Shown piece after piece: positions 1-7,977 of a stretch of 10,940 nt of DNA. A program made the position numbers and the translations under genes. The DNA lies in assembly GCA_016839745.1 (NCBI GenBank), contig JAEOTS010000132.1:1-10940 (forward strand), read 5' to 3'. This DNA comes from Promethearchaeota archaeon (lineage in GTDB: Archaea; Asgardarchaeota; Lokiarchaeia; Sigyniarchaeales; SOKP01). The notes below the pieces were generated by a model. It was not told the origin of the DNA, searched no databases, and saw only the letters and a list, made by a program, of their open reading frames with translations. The first letter of the stretch is position 1. Each line of letters opens with the position of its first letter.

Positions 1-11
1 AAATAGAAGAT

Positions 12-1112
12 TTGGAAAAGATTTCTATTAAAAAGTTAAAGGAAGAAGTTGATCTCATTAGAACAGAATTACCAAAAGAAGAACAAAAAGTAATTACATT
101 TTCAAGGAATTTTACTCTTTCTCTCTCTAATTATTGTCAGAATCAATGTGGGTACTGCTTCTATAATCAAACTGTATCTAAAGGAAATTCAGAACAAAAT
201 GTTGTATTAATTGAAGAGGATAAAATTAATAAGTTTATCCAAGCTGCTATAGGAAATCGATGCACTGAAGCATTGATAATGTCTGGGGAAGCTCCTGATA
301 AGTTCGAAATTGTTCAGAAAGAATTGGAAAAAAGAAATTATAGTAGTTTCAATCAGTTTGTAAAATCTTTAAGCGAACGGTTGTTAAAATCAAATCTTTT
401 ACCTCATACAAATATAGGTGTGCTCTCGTTTGATCAATTAAAATATTTAAAGGATTTTAATGCCAGTATGGGATTAATGATTGAAAGTACGTGTGAATCT
501 CTTTCTAATCCAGGTGGTGTTCACGAATATTCGCTTAGTAAAACACCAGAAAACAGAATTAACCACATTGAAAACGCAGGAAAGTTAAAGATCCCCTTTA
601 CAACAGGTTTGTTATTAGGAATCGGGGAAAAATTTAAAGATCGAATTGAGGATCTTCTTTTAATTAAAGAATTACATCAAAAATATAGTCATATTCAAGA
701 AGTCATCATACAAAATTTCACAACTAAAGAGGGTATACTCTATCGTCCTAAAGAGGTTTTCACTATTAAAGAAACTCTCAAAATTGCGGGGATTGCAAAA
801 TTAATATTTGGAAATGATATTGCTATTCAAGTTCCCCCTAATCTAATCCAAAATTACGAAAAAGAAGCTTTGGAGATGGGAGTTAATGATTTTGGGGGAG
901 TGTCTCCTTTTACTTTAGATTATATTAACCCACACCATAACTGGCCAGCAATTGATATCCTAGCAAAAATATGTATTAGCAATGGATATGAACTTAGGGA
1001 GCGGCTTCCTATCTATGAGAAATATATAAATAAGGAAGAGTTTTGTTCAGTAAATATTAAAAAAACGATAGATAATATTAATCAAAATGTCAGAAGTAAA
1101 AAATATTCTTAG
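12..1112 (+). CDS. cofG: FO synthase subunit CofG (7,8-didemethyl-8-hydroxy-5-deazariboflavin synthase), radical SAM; start may lie slightly upstream of the window
   Basis: CX3CX2C motif (CQNQCGYC) after ITFSRN. CofG motifs AGKLKIPFTTGLLLGIGE, HIQEVIIQNF, IQVPPNL, DFGGVSPFTLDYINP..NWP and LRERLPIY. Overlaps cofH. The frame is open to the window edge (ATA GAA GAT before TTG at 12), so the start is uncertain. Confidence 0.93.
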   Translation: MEKISIKKLKEEVDLIRTELPKEEQKVITFSRNFTLSLSNYCQNQCGYCFYNQTVSKGNSEQNVVLIEEDKINKFIQAAIGNRCTEALIMSGEAPDKFEIVQKELEKRNYSSFNQFVKSLSERLLKSNLLPHTNIGVLSFDQLKYLKDFNASMGLMIESTCESLSNPGGVHEYSLSKTPENRINHIENAGKLKIPFTTGLLLGIGEKFKDRIEDLLLIKELHQKYSHIQEVIIQNFTTKEGILYRPKEVFTIKETLKIAGIAKLIFGNDIAIQVPPNLIQNYEKEALEMGVNDFGGVSPFTLDYINPHHNWPAIDILAKICISNGYELRERLPIYEKYINKEEFCSVNIKKTIDNINQNVRSKKYS

Positions 1113-2187
1113 AAAAGCTGAGGAATCCGTTGAAATTAGTCCAGCAGAAGCTTTAATTCTTATGAAGCTTACGGGGAAAAATTTCGCAAGACTACAACAA
1201 GTTGCCGATCAAATTTGTATTGAGAAGAAAAATAACATCGTAACCTTTGTTGTTAATCGCAATATAAATTTTACAAACATTTGTTATCAAGGATGTAAAT
1301 TCTGCTCCTTTAGTGTTTCAAATAAAAACAAAGAGAGTTTCTTAAAAACTATTGAAGATATAAGAGAGGATATCATTGAAGCTAAGAATGCAGAATGCAC
1401 AGAGGTATGCATCCAAGGAGGGATAAATCCAGAGCTAGATTTTGATTATTATGTCGAAATTCTGAAAACTGTAAAGGAAATTGATTCAAACATCCATAGT
1501 CACGCTTTTTCTCCTCAAGAAGTGTTTCATATGGCAAAATTATACGGGACATCGATTAAAAATGTCTTAAAGGAATTAAAAAAAGCCGGTTTAGATTCTA
1601 TGCCGGGAACTGCTGCTGAAATCTTAGTAGAGAATATCAGAAGAGTTATTTGTCCAAATAAAATTACAACCTCTCAATGGATTGATGTGATAAAATCAGC
1701 ACATGAATTGGGTATTCCTACAACTTCGACTATGATGTATGGGCACATTGAAGATTTACAGGACAGAATAGAACACATTGAAGTGATAAGGAATATTCAG
1801 AAGGAAACTTCAGGTTTTACCGAATTTGTTCCACTACCTTTCGTTAGTGAAAATCCACTTTTATCTAAGTTAACCGAATTCCCCCTAAAACCAAGTTATG
1901 GCATGGCAGATTTAAAACTTTTCTCAGTAGCGAGAATATTTTTCAATAATTATATTGATAATATCCAGTGTTCCTGGGTAAAGTTAGGTCCTAAATTTGC
2001 TCAAGTTTCTCTTAATTATGGAGTGAACGATTTTTCTGGGACATTAATGGAAGAAAATATATCAAAAAGTGCGGGAGCCGAATTTGGAGAATATTTAACT
2101 CCTGATGAGATGATATCTATTATCAAAGCGGCAGGTAAAAGACCTGTTCAAAGGGATACACTCTATAAATTATTAAAATTCTATTGA
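1087..2187 (+). CDS. cofH: FO synthase subunit CofH (5-amino-6-(D-ribitylamino)uracil--L-tyrosine 4-hydroxyphenyl transferase), radical SAM
   Basis: VTFVVNRNINFTNICYQGCKFCSF (CX3CX2C), TEVCIQGG, HAFSPQE, SMPGTAAEIL, TMMYGHIE, GFTEFVPLPF, NIQCSWVKLG, NDFSGTLMEENISKSAG. Overlaps cofG by 26 nt, which favours CofH over MqnC/MqnE. Confidence 0.93.
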   Translation: MSEVKNILRKAEESVEISPAEALILMKLTGKNFARLQQVADQICIEKKNNIVTFVVNRNINFTNICYQGCKFCSFSVSNKNKESFLKTIEDIREDIIEAKNAECTEVCIQGGINPELDFDYYVEILKTVKEIDSNIHSHAFSPQEVFHMAKLYGTSIKNVLKELKKAGLDSMPGTAAEILVENIRRVICPNKITTSQWIDVIKSAHELGIPTTSTMMYGHIEDLQDRIEHIEVIRNIQKETSGFTEFVPLPFVSENPLLSKLTEFPLKPSYGMADLKLFSVARIFFNNYIDNIQCSWVKLGPKFAQVSLNYGVNDFSGTLMEENISKSAGAEFGEYLTPDEMISIIKAAGKRPVQRDTLYKLLKFY

Positions 2188-2198
2188 CTTTTAGAACC

Positions 2199-4076
2199 TT
2201 AGCGATTCCCTGTATCTTGCAGAAAATTTAAAACATAATGTTGAGTAATCAAATCTGAACTGATTTTTCCTAACACCTTTCCATCTTGAACAACTGGCAT
2301 TGCTGAGATTTGATATTGTTCAAATTCCCTTACAATGTCTAAAATATTAAAATCCGGAGAGGCGGTGATTACTTGTTTTGTCATAATTTTTGTGACAATT
2401 CCATCACAAAAACCTTCGGCAGAAGCTTTTGTTACATCCCAATCTGTAACGACACCAACTAATTTTTCATCTGAAATGACAGCAATTATTCCACTATTAT
2501 TATCTATCATGGATTTAGCAGCATCCTGAATTGAACTACTTGAATCTATCATGGGTATTGAAATCATTATATCCTTAGCTGTAAGTTCACTTTCTTTGGC
2601 TTTAAGCCGTTGAAGACTTATCCTTTCAGCAGCTTGAGATGGTAAAATATCTGGGTGTGTAGTTAAAATATCAATCAATTCAATCATATTATGGCGTATT
2701 ACACCCTCACGATATACCTCACCTGCTTCTAAGCGTTTTTTAGAAAGCTTTTTGAACTTAGCTGAATTATCAGTTAACCATTTTTCAACTGCTTCTTTAT
2801 TTCCAAGAATTTCCTCGGGAAATTGAAGTTCCTCTGGTGATTTAATAATATGTTCTTGAGCTGCGAAAATTACTCCGCCTGAATTAACTAAATAATCGTT
2901 AGCTATCATTACTCCCTTTTCACGATAGACAATTTGTTCCATACGTGTTCTAGCAGCTTTTCTATTTGGATCCGGAGAATAAGTATTTGCTCCTTCAATA
3001 ATTACGTTCCAATTGCCCATATGATCAACTAACATAGATGCATTATCTGACGGTCTTACACCTAAATAATTAAATATAGGTGCCGCAGGAACAAAGCAAA
3101 ATGCATTTTCGCGGAGCAGGTCATTTGCGTTCGTAGAAAACTTTGTGGGATGTTTGAATCCTTCAGATACTATACTCTTTTCGAAATATGTTTTTGTTGC
3201 TATTTTTTTATTTTCCCAAAACCTAAACAATTCTTCAGTTGGAAGACCAGATGGATTATGAAGATAACCCTCTAAGTCACTTATACCTATTACTAAAGCT
3301 TCAGGTATTCTCTCTTTTAAAATTCTAGTTGCGTGAGCGCCTACAGCACCAAATCCTTGTATGATAACCGTTAAATCTTGGTGAGCTGGAATTTCTAAAT
3401 TTTCAAATTGTGGTAGTACTCTCATACGTGGAAATATTTCCAATAATGTTTGTAACGCTATGATTACTCCTCCGGCAGCAGCTCCGAGTTCATCAATACG
3501 ATTTCCGCCCATATCTGCTGGTTTAGAAACAGCACTATCAAGACCATTTTCGATCGCAATTAATTTCATATCAGCGTCATTAGTACCAACATCTGGTCCG
3601 GGAACATAAATTTCTTTATATCTACGAATTAATTGTGCGAATCCTCTTACAATTTCTTCATGAATATTATCAGGTAAATTTCTTTTAGCTATTATTCCTG
3701 ATTTTCCACCACCATAAGGAAGATTCGCAGCAGCGTTTTTTAAAGTCATCCCCCGTGCAAGATTATAGATATCTGAAGGTTTGATATCAGGAAGGCATCT
3801 AATTCCGCCCATCGAGGGTTGTCCCATAGATAAATTATCAACAATTAAATATCCCCCGATTTCTAACTCTGATTTTTCATCCCATACACATGCTACAAGC
3901 TGAGGACCTATTTCATCGACTGTTACGTTCAATCGCTGTAAGAGATGCACATCTAGACTACTAAATTCCAAATAACATTTACCATCTTCTTTTTTAAGAC
4001 GGGTTAATAAAGTTGCTTCAGGGAGGTGAGCCTTAAGAAAAGCTTCCATTTCAATAGGTATCATGATTGATTTCAC
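2199..4076 (-). CDS. Glu/Leu/Phe/Val-family amino-acid dehydrogenase with C-terminal CBS pair; probably not glutamate-specific
   Basis: GGIR, LARGMTLK, LPYGGGK, PGPDVGT, Rossmann QGFGAVG, IEGAN, DYLVNSGGV. Residues ~498-612 form two CBS motifs (KLVGVVTDWDV; ISAMPVVQDGKVLGKIS). Alternative starts are ATG at 4064 or 4049. Confidence 0.9.
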   Translation of the reverse strand: MKSIMIPIEMEAFLKAHLPEATLLTRLKKEDGKCYLEFSSLDVHLLQRLNVTVDEIGPQLVACVWDEKSELEIGGYLIVDNLSMGQPSMGGIRCLPDIKPSDIYNLARGMTLKNAAANLPYGGGKSGIIAKRNLPDNIHEEIVRGFAQLIRRYKEIYVPGPDVGTNDADMKLIAIENGLDSAVSKPADMGGNRIDELGAAAGGVIIALQTLLEIFPRMRVLPQFENLEIPAHQDLTVIIQGFGAVGAHATRILKERIPEALVIGISDLEGYLHNPSGLPTEELFRFWENKKIATKTYFEKSIVSEGFKHPTKFSTNANDLLRENAFCFVPAAPIFNYLGVRPSDNASMLVDHMGNWNVIIEGANTYSPDPNRKAARTRMEQIVYREKGVMIANDYLVNSGGVIFAAQEHIIKSPEELQFPEEILGNKEAVEKWLTDNSAKFKKLSKKRLEAGEVYREGVIRHNMIELIDILTTHPDILPSQAAERISLQRLKAKESELTAKDIMISIPMIDSSSSIQDAAKSMIDNNSGIIAVISDEKLVGVVTDWDVTKASAEGFCDGIVTKIMTKQVITASPDFNILDIVREFEQYQISAMPVVQDGKVLGKISSDLITQHYVLNFLQDTGNR

Positions 4077-4171
4077 AAAATGCTTATTACATCTTCATAT
4101 ATGATTTGGTCTAATTTAAAATTGTTTTATCATTAGTAATAAATTAAAATCATATTAAAAAAATAAGGAAT

Positions 4172-6025
4172 ATGAATCCCGGTGGTAAAAAGCTTTTATT
4201 AATTGGCATTGATCAGGCAATTCCTTATTTAATTAATAGGTTTCTTGAGCAGAAAGCGATTCCGAACATCGCAAACTTATGTGAAAATGGTGTATTAGCA
4301 GAAGGATACTCCTCTGCTCCTTGTGATACACCAACTAATTGGACCACCATCGCTACAGGAGCTACAACCGCATCGCATGGAGTTACAAGTTTCTATATGC
4401 ACTTACGAGATGAACCTCTTGATTTAGGGGCAAGATTAAGATCAAGAACTCAATTATCTCGATATTGTCAAGCAGAATTTATATGGGATGTTGCGGAAAG
4501 AAGGAATTTAATACCTTTTGTAATAAATTATCCTTCTGGATGGCCAGGCAGTTTTAAAAAAGGAGTTATGAGTTTGTTTACTTGGATGGTGCCTGAATCA
4601 TATCAGAGAATGATTACACCCTCAAAATCTTATAAATTCAATAAAAAATCCAAAAACGATTCCATAAGAATAATCGACGATGGGGATAATTTAAAAATAG
4701 ATATCATTATTAAAGGCAAAAATATTCTTAACCCACTTACACAAGAGGTTTATGTTTCTAGTAATATTGGTGGCAAGATATTATTAAAAGTAAATGAAGT
4801 ACAACAAATTATTAAAGAAATGGAATGGAGTAGTTGGTTTAAGGTAAATATTAATACAACAAATGGATTTTTGCCATGCCTTTATAGAATTAAGATCATC
4901 GATCTAAATGATGAAACTATTACATTAAAACGTTCAGCTGTTTATAATACAAAAGGTTGGACAAATCCTGAGTCTTTCGGAGAGAAATTAATTAAGAATG
5001 TGTTTGAGTATGATTTTCCTCAAGAACATGACGTTGAATTTATGATTAATGAAGAGATAAGTTCTTATTTGATTTCGGCACGAAATGAAAGTTTGATGCT
5101 CGCTGAAGCGATTAAATATGCAAAACGATACTTAAATTGGGAGGTATGTTATTTTCATTATCATCCTTTAGATAGTGTTAATCATGATTCCCTTGCTTAT
5201 CTGCATAAGGAATCACCACTTTATACCGAAGAAAAAGCTAAGAAGACTTTTAACAATGTAGAAACAGCGTATAAAATAGTCGATGAGTTAGTCGGAAACC
5301 TAATAAATTCTTGTGTGGGAAAAGATACGATTGTTGTTTTTATTTCGGATCATGGTGCAGTACCAATTTGGAAGATAGTTAACATCCCGTTATATTTTAT
5401 GAAATCTGGCTTGACAAAATACAATTGGAATGAATTTGAGAAAAAATATGTTATAGATTGGAACAAGTCGACTGCCTTTCCCTATATGGAACCTCCATTT
5501 GTTTGGGTTAACCTTAAGGGAAGAGACTTACATGGAATTGTAAAGAGCTCAGAATATGAAGAAATAAGGGATTTAATAATTGAAACTCTATATAATTTAA
5601 AGGATCCTAATACTAACGAACGAATTATCGAGTTAGCTTTAAGAAAAGAAGAAGCAGGTTATCTAGGACTGAATGGAGAGAGAATTGGAGATGTTGTATA
5701 TTTTCTTAAACCTCCTTATGGAATATTCGATGGGAACTTAGGAAAGCTCGATGCAAGTAGTATGACTAAAAGCGAGTATAATAGACCAGAAGTGGATATG
5801 GCTCGATCTTTTTTCGGAGCTCATGCATATTATCTCCCCTCTACTAAATTTGGCAATTATTCAGTTTCTATACCTTTTATAATCAGTGGTCCAGGAATTA
5901 AAAAAGGTATCAAATTAGATGATATCGTTAATTTGGTTGATGTTGCTCCTACTCTTTCATATTTGCTGAATATCCCTAATCCTAAAAATTCAGAAGGTAG
6001 AATTTTATATGAAATGATGGAATAG
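4172..6025 (+). CDS. Alkaline phosphatase superfamily / nucleotide pyrophosphatase-phosphodiesterase-like protein
   Basis: Metal Asp in LLLIGIDQ, nucleophile region SSAPCDTPTNWTTIATG..HG, DSVNH, FISDHG, late His (GAHA) and C-terminal LVDVAPTL...EGR. No obvious signal peptide. Confidence 0.85.
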   Translation: MNPGGKKLLLIGIDQAIPYLINRFLEQKAIPNIANLCENGVLAEGYSSAPCDTPTNWTTIATGATTASHGVTSFYMHLRDEPLDLGARLRSRTQLSRYCQAEFIWDVAERRNLIPFVINYPSGWPGSFKKGVMSLFTWMVPESYQRMITPSKSYKFNKKSKNDSIRIIDDGDNLKIDIIIKGKNILNPLTQEVYVSSNIGGKILLKVNEVQQIIKEMEWSSWFKVNINTTNGFLPCLYRIKIIDLNDETITLKRSAVYNTKGWTNPESFGEKLIKNVFEYDFPQEHDVEFMINEEISSYLISARNESLMLAEAIKYAKRYLNWEVCYFHYHPLDSVNHDSLAYLHKESPLYTEEKAKKTFNNVETAYKIVDELVGNLINSCVGKDTIVVFISDHGAVPIWKIVNIPLYFMKSGLTKYNWNEFEKKYVIDWNKSTAFPYMEPPFVWVNLKGRDLHGIVKSSEYEEIRDLIIETLYNLKDPNTNERIIELALRKEEAGYLGLNGERIGDVVYFLKPPYGIFDGNLGKLDASSMTKSEYNRPEVDMARSFFGAHAYYLPSTKFGNYSVSIPFIISGPGIKKGIKLDDIVNLVDVAPTLSYLLNIPNPKNSEGRILYEMME

Positions 6026-6090
6026 TTGAATCATTTTCTTTAAATTTTAGTTATGATTTTACTATTAAAGCAATTTATAGTGAATTTAAA

Positions 6091-6381
6091 ATGGTAACTC
6101 TCATAGCTACACTTCAAGTTAAACCAGGAAAAATGGAAGAGGCAATAGAAGTTCTTAAAGAAATGGCTGCTGAGGTCAAATCTTCAGAATCAGGAACTTT
6201 AGAATATATTCCTCATACTGTAAAGGGAGAAGGACTAGAGAATACAATAATTTTTTATGAGAAATATGAAAGTGAAGAAGCACTTAAATTTCATAGTAAA
6301 AATCTAAGAAAAAAAGCAGTCAATTTAGCTCCTTTGTTAGCTCTTGGAAGAGATATTAAGACATGTGTTGAAATTAAATAA
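6091..6381 (+). CDS. Antibiotic biosynthesis monooxygenase (ABM) family / putative quinol monooxygenase
   Basis: 96 aa with ABM pattern VKPGK.EE, E.GTLEY and IIFYEKYESEEALKFH; preceded by SD-like AGTGA. Confidence 0.8.
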   Translation: MVTLIATLQVKPGKMEEAIEVLKEMAAEVKSSESGTLEYIPHTVKGEGLENTIIFYEKYESEEALKFHSKNLRKKAVNLAPLLALGRDIKTCVEIK

Positions 6382-6384
6382 CAC

Positions 6385-6393
6385 TTTTTTTTT
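6385..6393 (+). terminator. Oligo-T tract, candidate archaeal intrinsic terminator
   Basis: T9 run starting 4 nt after the ABM stop, at the junction with the convergent DHPS-like gene. Confidence 0.45.
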
Positions 6394-7966
6394 ATTCATC
6401 TTGAATATACGGTTTTCCGGTAAGCAAACAGAATTCTGCTTTGTTTAATTCACGTCCCAGATAATTTATATGTTGAAAGTTTTTAGTTAAATTCAATTCA
6501 AGAACTTTTTTGCTAAGTGTCTCAGCGTTATTCCCAATTAAAGTTTTGAGAAGAATACCTTGATTAGAATAAAATAATACATAAATTTCTTTAGTGTAGT
6601 AGTTAACATAAAATTTAAAATAACCATTTTTATCGGGTATATATTCCGGAGCGTAATCTTTTACGGAAATTGCATCAATTCTATCAAATTCTGGAATAGT
6701 TTGACTAGTTTTACCTTTGGCTTTGAAGACATTAATTCCATGATTTATAGGAGGAGTTCTTTTATACTTTGCAACATAATTAAGTTTTACACTTTCTTTG
6801 AGTTCTCTTACTCCTCCCATCAATTTAGTGCTGTGTTCAACCGTAAATAAAATTCCCATGTCTAATTCAACTGCAATACTTGCTAATAATCCATTTATTC
6901 CCACTGAATCAATATCCATTAGTTCTACTACATTAGATATACCAAAAAATAAAGGCAATTTCAGATTCTTGTTTATCTCATTTGTAACTTGTTTCTTATA
7001 GAGAAAATATGCTTCTAGCGAGTTACAAATCCCAGGTGTAATGGGTGTTTCTAGTAGGGGATCAGCAATTAACTTTTTAAAACCGCTTTGTCGTAGTTCT
7101 TGAGTTAATTTAAATATATTCTTAACTCTTATTTCAGGTTCTTTCGGAAAATAAGCTTCCTTGATGTTCGTAGGCAATATAACGATAGGGATATCACGAG
7201 GGAGATTAAGGAAATCTTTGTAATTTCCAAGGTCTATACTTAAGATTAAATCAACACCCTCATCTACTGCTGCTACAATTTCGCTTTTTTCCATTGAGTC
7301 AATACTGATTAAGACATTAAAATTATTCTGGATAAGTTGAACAATTCCTTTTATCCTATCTGGATAGGGTTTGTTTGCTACGCATCCAATATCAATAACA
7401 TCTGCACCCGATTCTATATAATGATTTACTTTTCTAACGATAGCATCATTACTTTTTTCTGGGCAATTGACAATTTCAGCAATAATTGGGGGTGGAAGAT
7501 TATTCCCGATCATTATACTAGAAGTTTGTTCGTTGATGAAAAAAGTATGGAATCCCAGATTTTCTTTTGCGATTTCAATTTGTTTTTTAGCGATTTCATC
7601 ATAGACTTGCTCGCCAGAACTCTCAAATACTTTATTTGCCGGTATTTTATTTGATAATTTAACGGTATTAATATGTTTTAAAATCCAAGGAAGATCAGAT
7701 GCAAATTCAGGTCCTTTCTTTATTTCAATTGAATTTTCTTCTTCTAATTTGGTAGTATCCCATTGGATGAAACCTGGAAGTAGTATTAGATCAAAACTGT
7801 TAAGATCTATATCTTTTAGTACATTAATAACTATACTTTCAGTTAAAAAAGCAGATATTGTTATGGGCGCTTTAAGAATTTCAATTTTCTGTTTTGTAAT
7901 TGATGAAGTGATATCCTTAATTATAGGATAACTACTCTTGCCCGTTATTATTAAAATTCTCTTAAT
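6392..7966 (-). CDS. Dihydropteroate synthase-related protein (MJ0107/Orf20 type), methanopterin biosynthesis; 524 aa if started at ATT 7966
   Basis: Pterin-binding barrel motifs IIAEI, SGADVIDIG, ISIDS, IADPLL and FFGISNVVELMDIDS, plus a DUF4346-like tail HINYLGRELNKAE..GKPYIQD. Manual translation shows no stop from 7513 up to 7966, giving IKRILIITGKSSY...ISAFLT...DLILLPG...KKGPEFASDLP...IPANK, the family's N-terminal domain. Confidence 0.88.
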   Translation of the reverse strand: MKRILIITGKSSYPIIKDITSSITKQKIEILKAPITISAFLTESIVINVLKDIDLNSFDLILLPGFIQWDTTKLEEENSIEIKKGPEFASDLPWILKHINTVKLSNKIPANKVFESSGEQVYDEIAKKQIEIAKENLGFHTFFINEQTSSIMIGNNLPPPIIAEIVNCPEKSNDAIVRKVNHYIESGADVIDIGCVANKPYPDRIKGIVQLIQNNFNVLISIDSMEKSEIVAAVDEGVDLILSIDLGNYKDFLNLPRDIPIVILPTNIKEAYFPKEPEIRVKNIFKLTQELRQSGFKKLIADPLLETPITPGICNSLEAYFLYKKQVTNEINKNLKLPLFFGISNVVELMDIDSVGINGLLASIAVELDMGILFTVEHSTKLMGGVRELKESVKLNYVAKYKRTPPINHGINVFKAKGKTSQTIPEFDRIDAISVKDYAPEYIPDKNGYFKFYVNYYTKEIYVLFYSNQGILLKTLIGNNAETLSKKVLELNLTKNFQHINYLGRELNKAEFCLLTGKPYIQDE

Positions 7967-7970
7967 TTAA

Positions 7971-7977
7971 ATCACTC
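7971..7977 (-). promoter_or_regulatory. Shine-Dalgarno-like GAGTGAT upstream of the DHPS-like gene
   Basis: Minus strand reads TGAGTGATTTAAATTAAGAGA. GAGTGAT resembles the archaeal GGAGGTGAT consensus and lies 4 nt before ATT. Confidence 0.5.

Noticed and set aside
1058-1112. Frameshift fusion of cofG and cofH into an FbiC-like protein
   Set aside because: The A7 run precedes a TAG (1069-1071) in the cofH frame, cofH has its own ATG, and split cofG/cofH is normal in archaea.
2335-2529. 64-aa plus-strand ORF
   Set aside because: Antisense shadow of the CBS domain; no recognisable motifs.
4077-4171. Short palindromes and TATA-like boxes in the divergent intergenic region
   Set aside because: Promoters probably lie here, but the region is too AT-rich to single out elements.
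6798-7001. 67-aa plus-strand ORF
   Set aside because: Antisense shadow of the DHPS-like gene.
7337-7931. 105-aa and 60-aa plus-strand ORFs in the apparent gap
   Set aside because: The gap is explained by the upstream extension of the DHPS-like gene on the minus strand.
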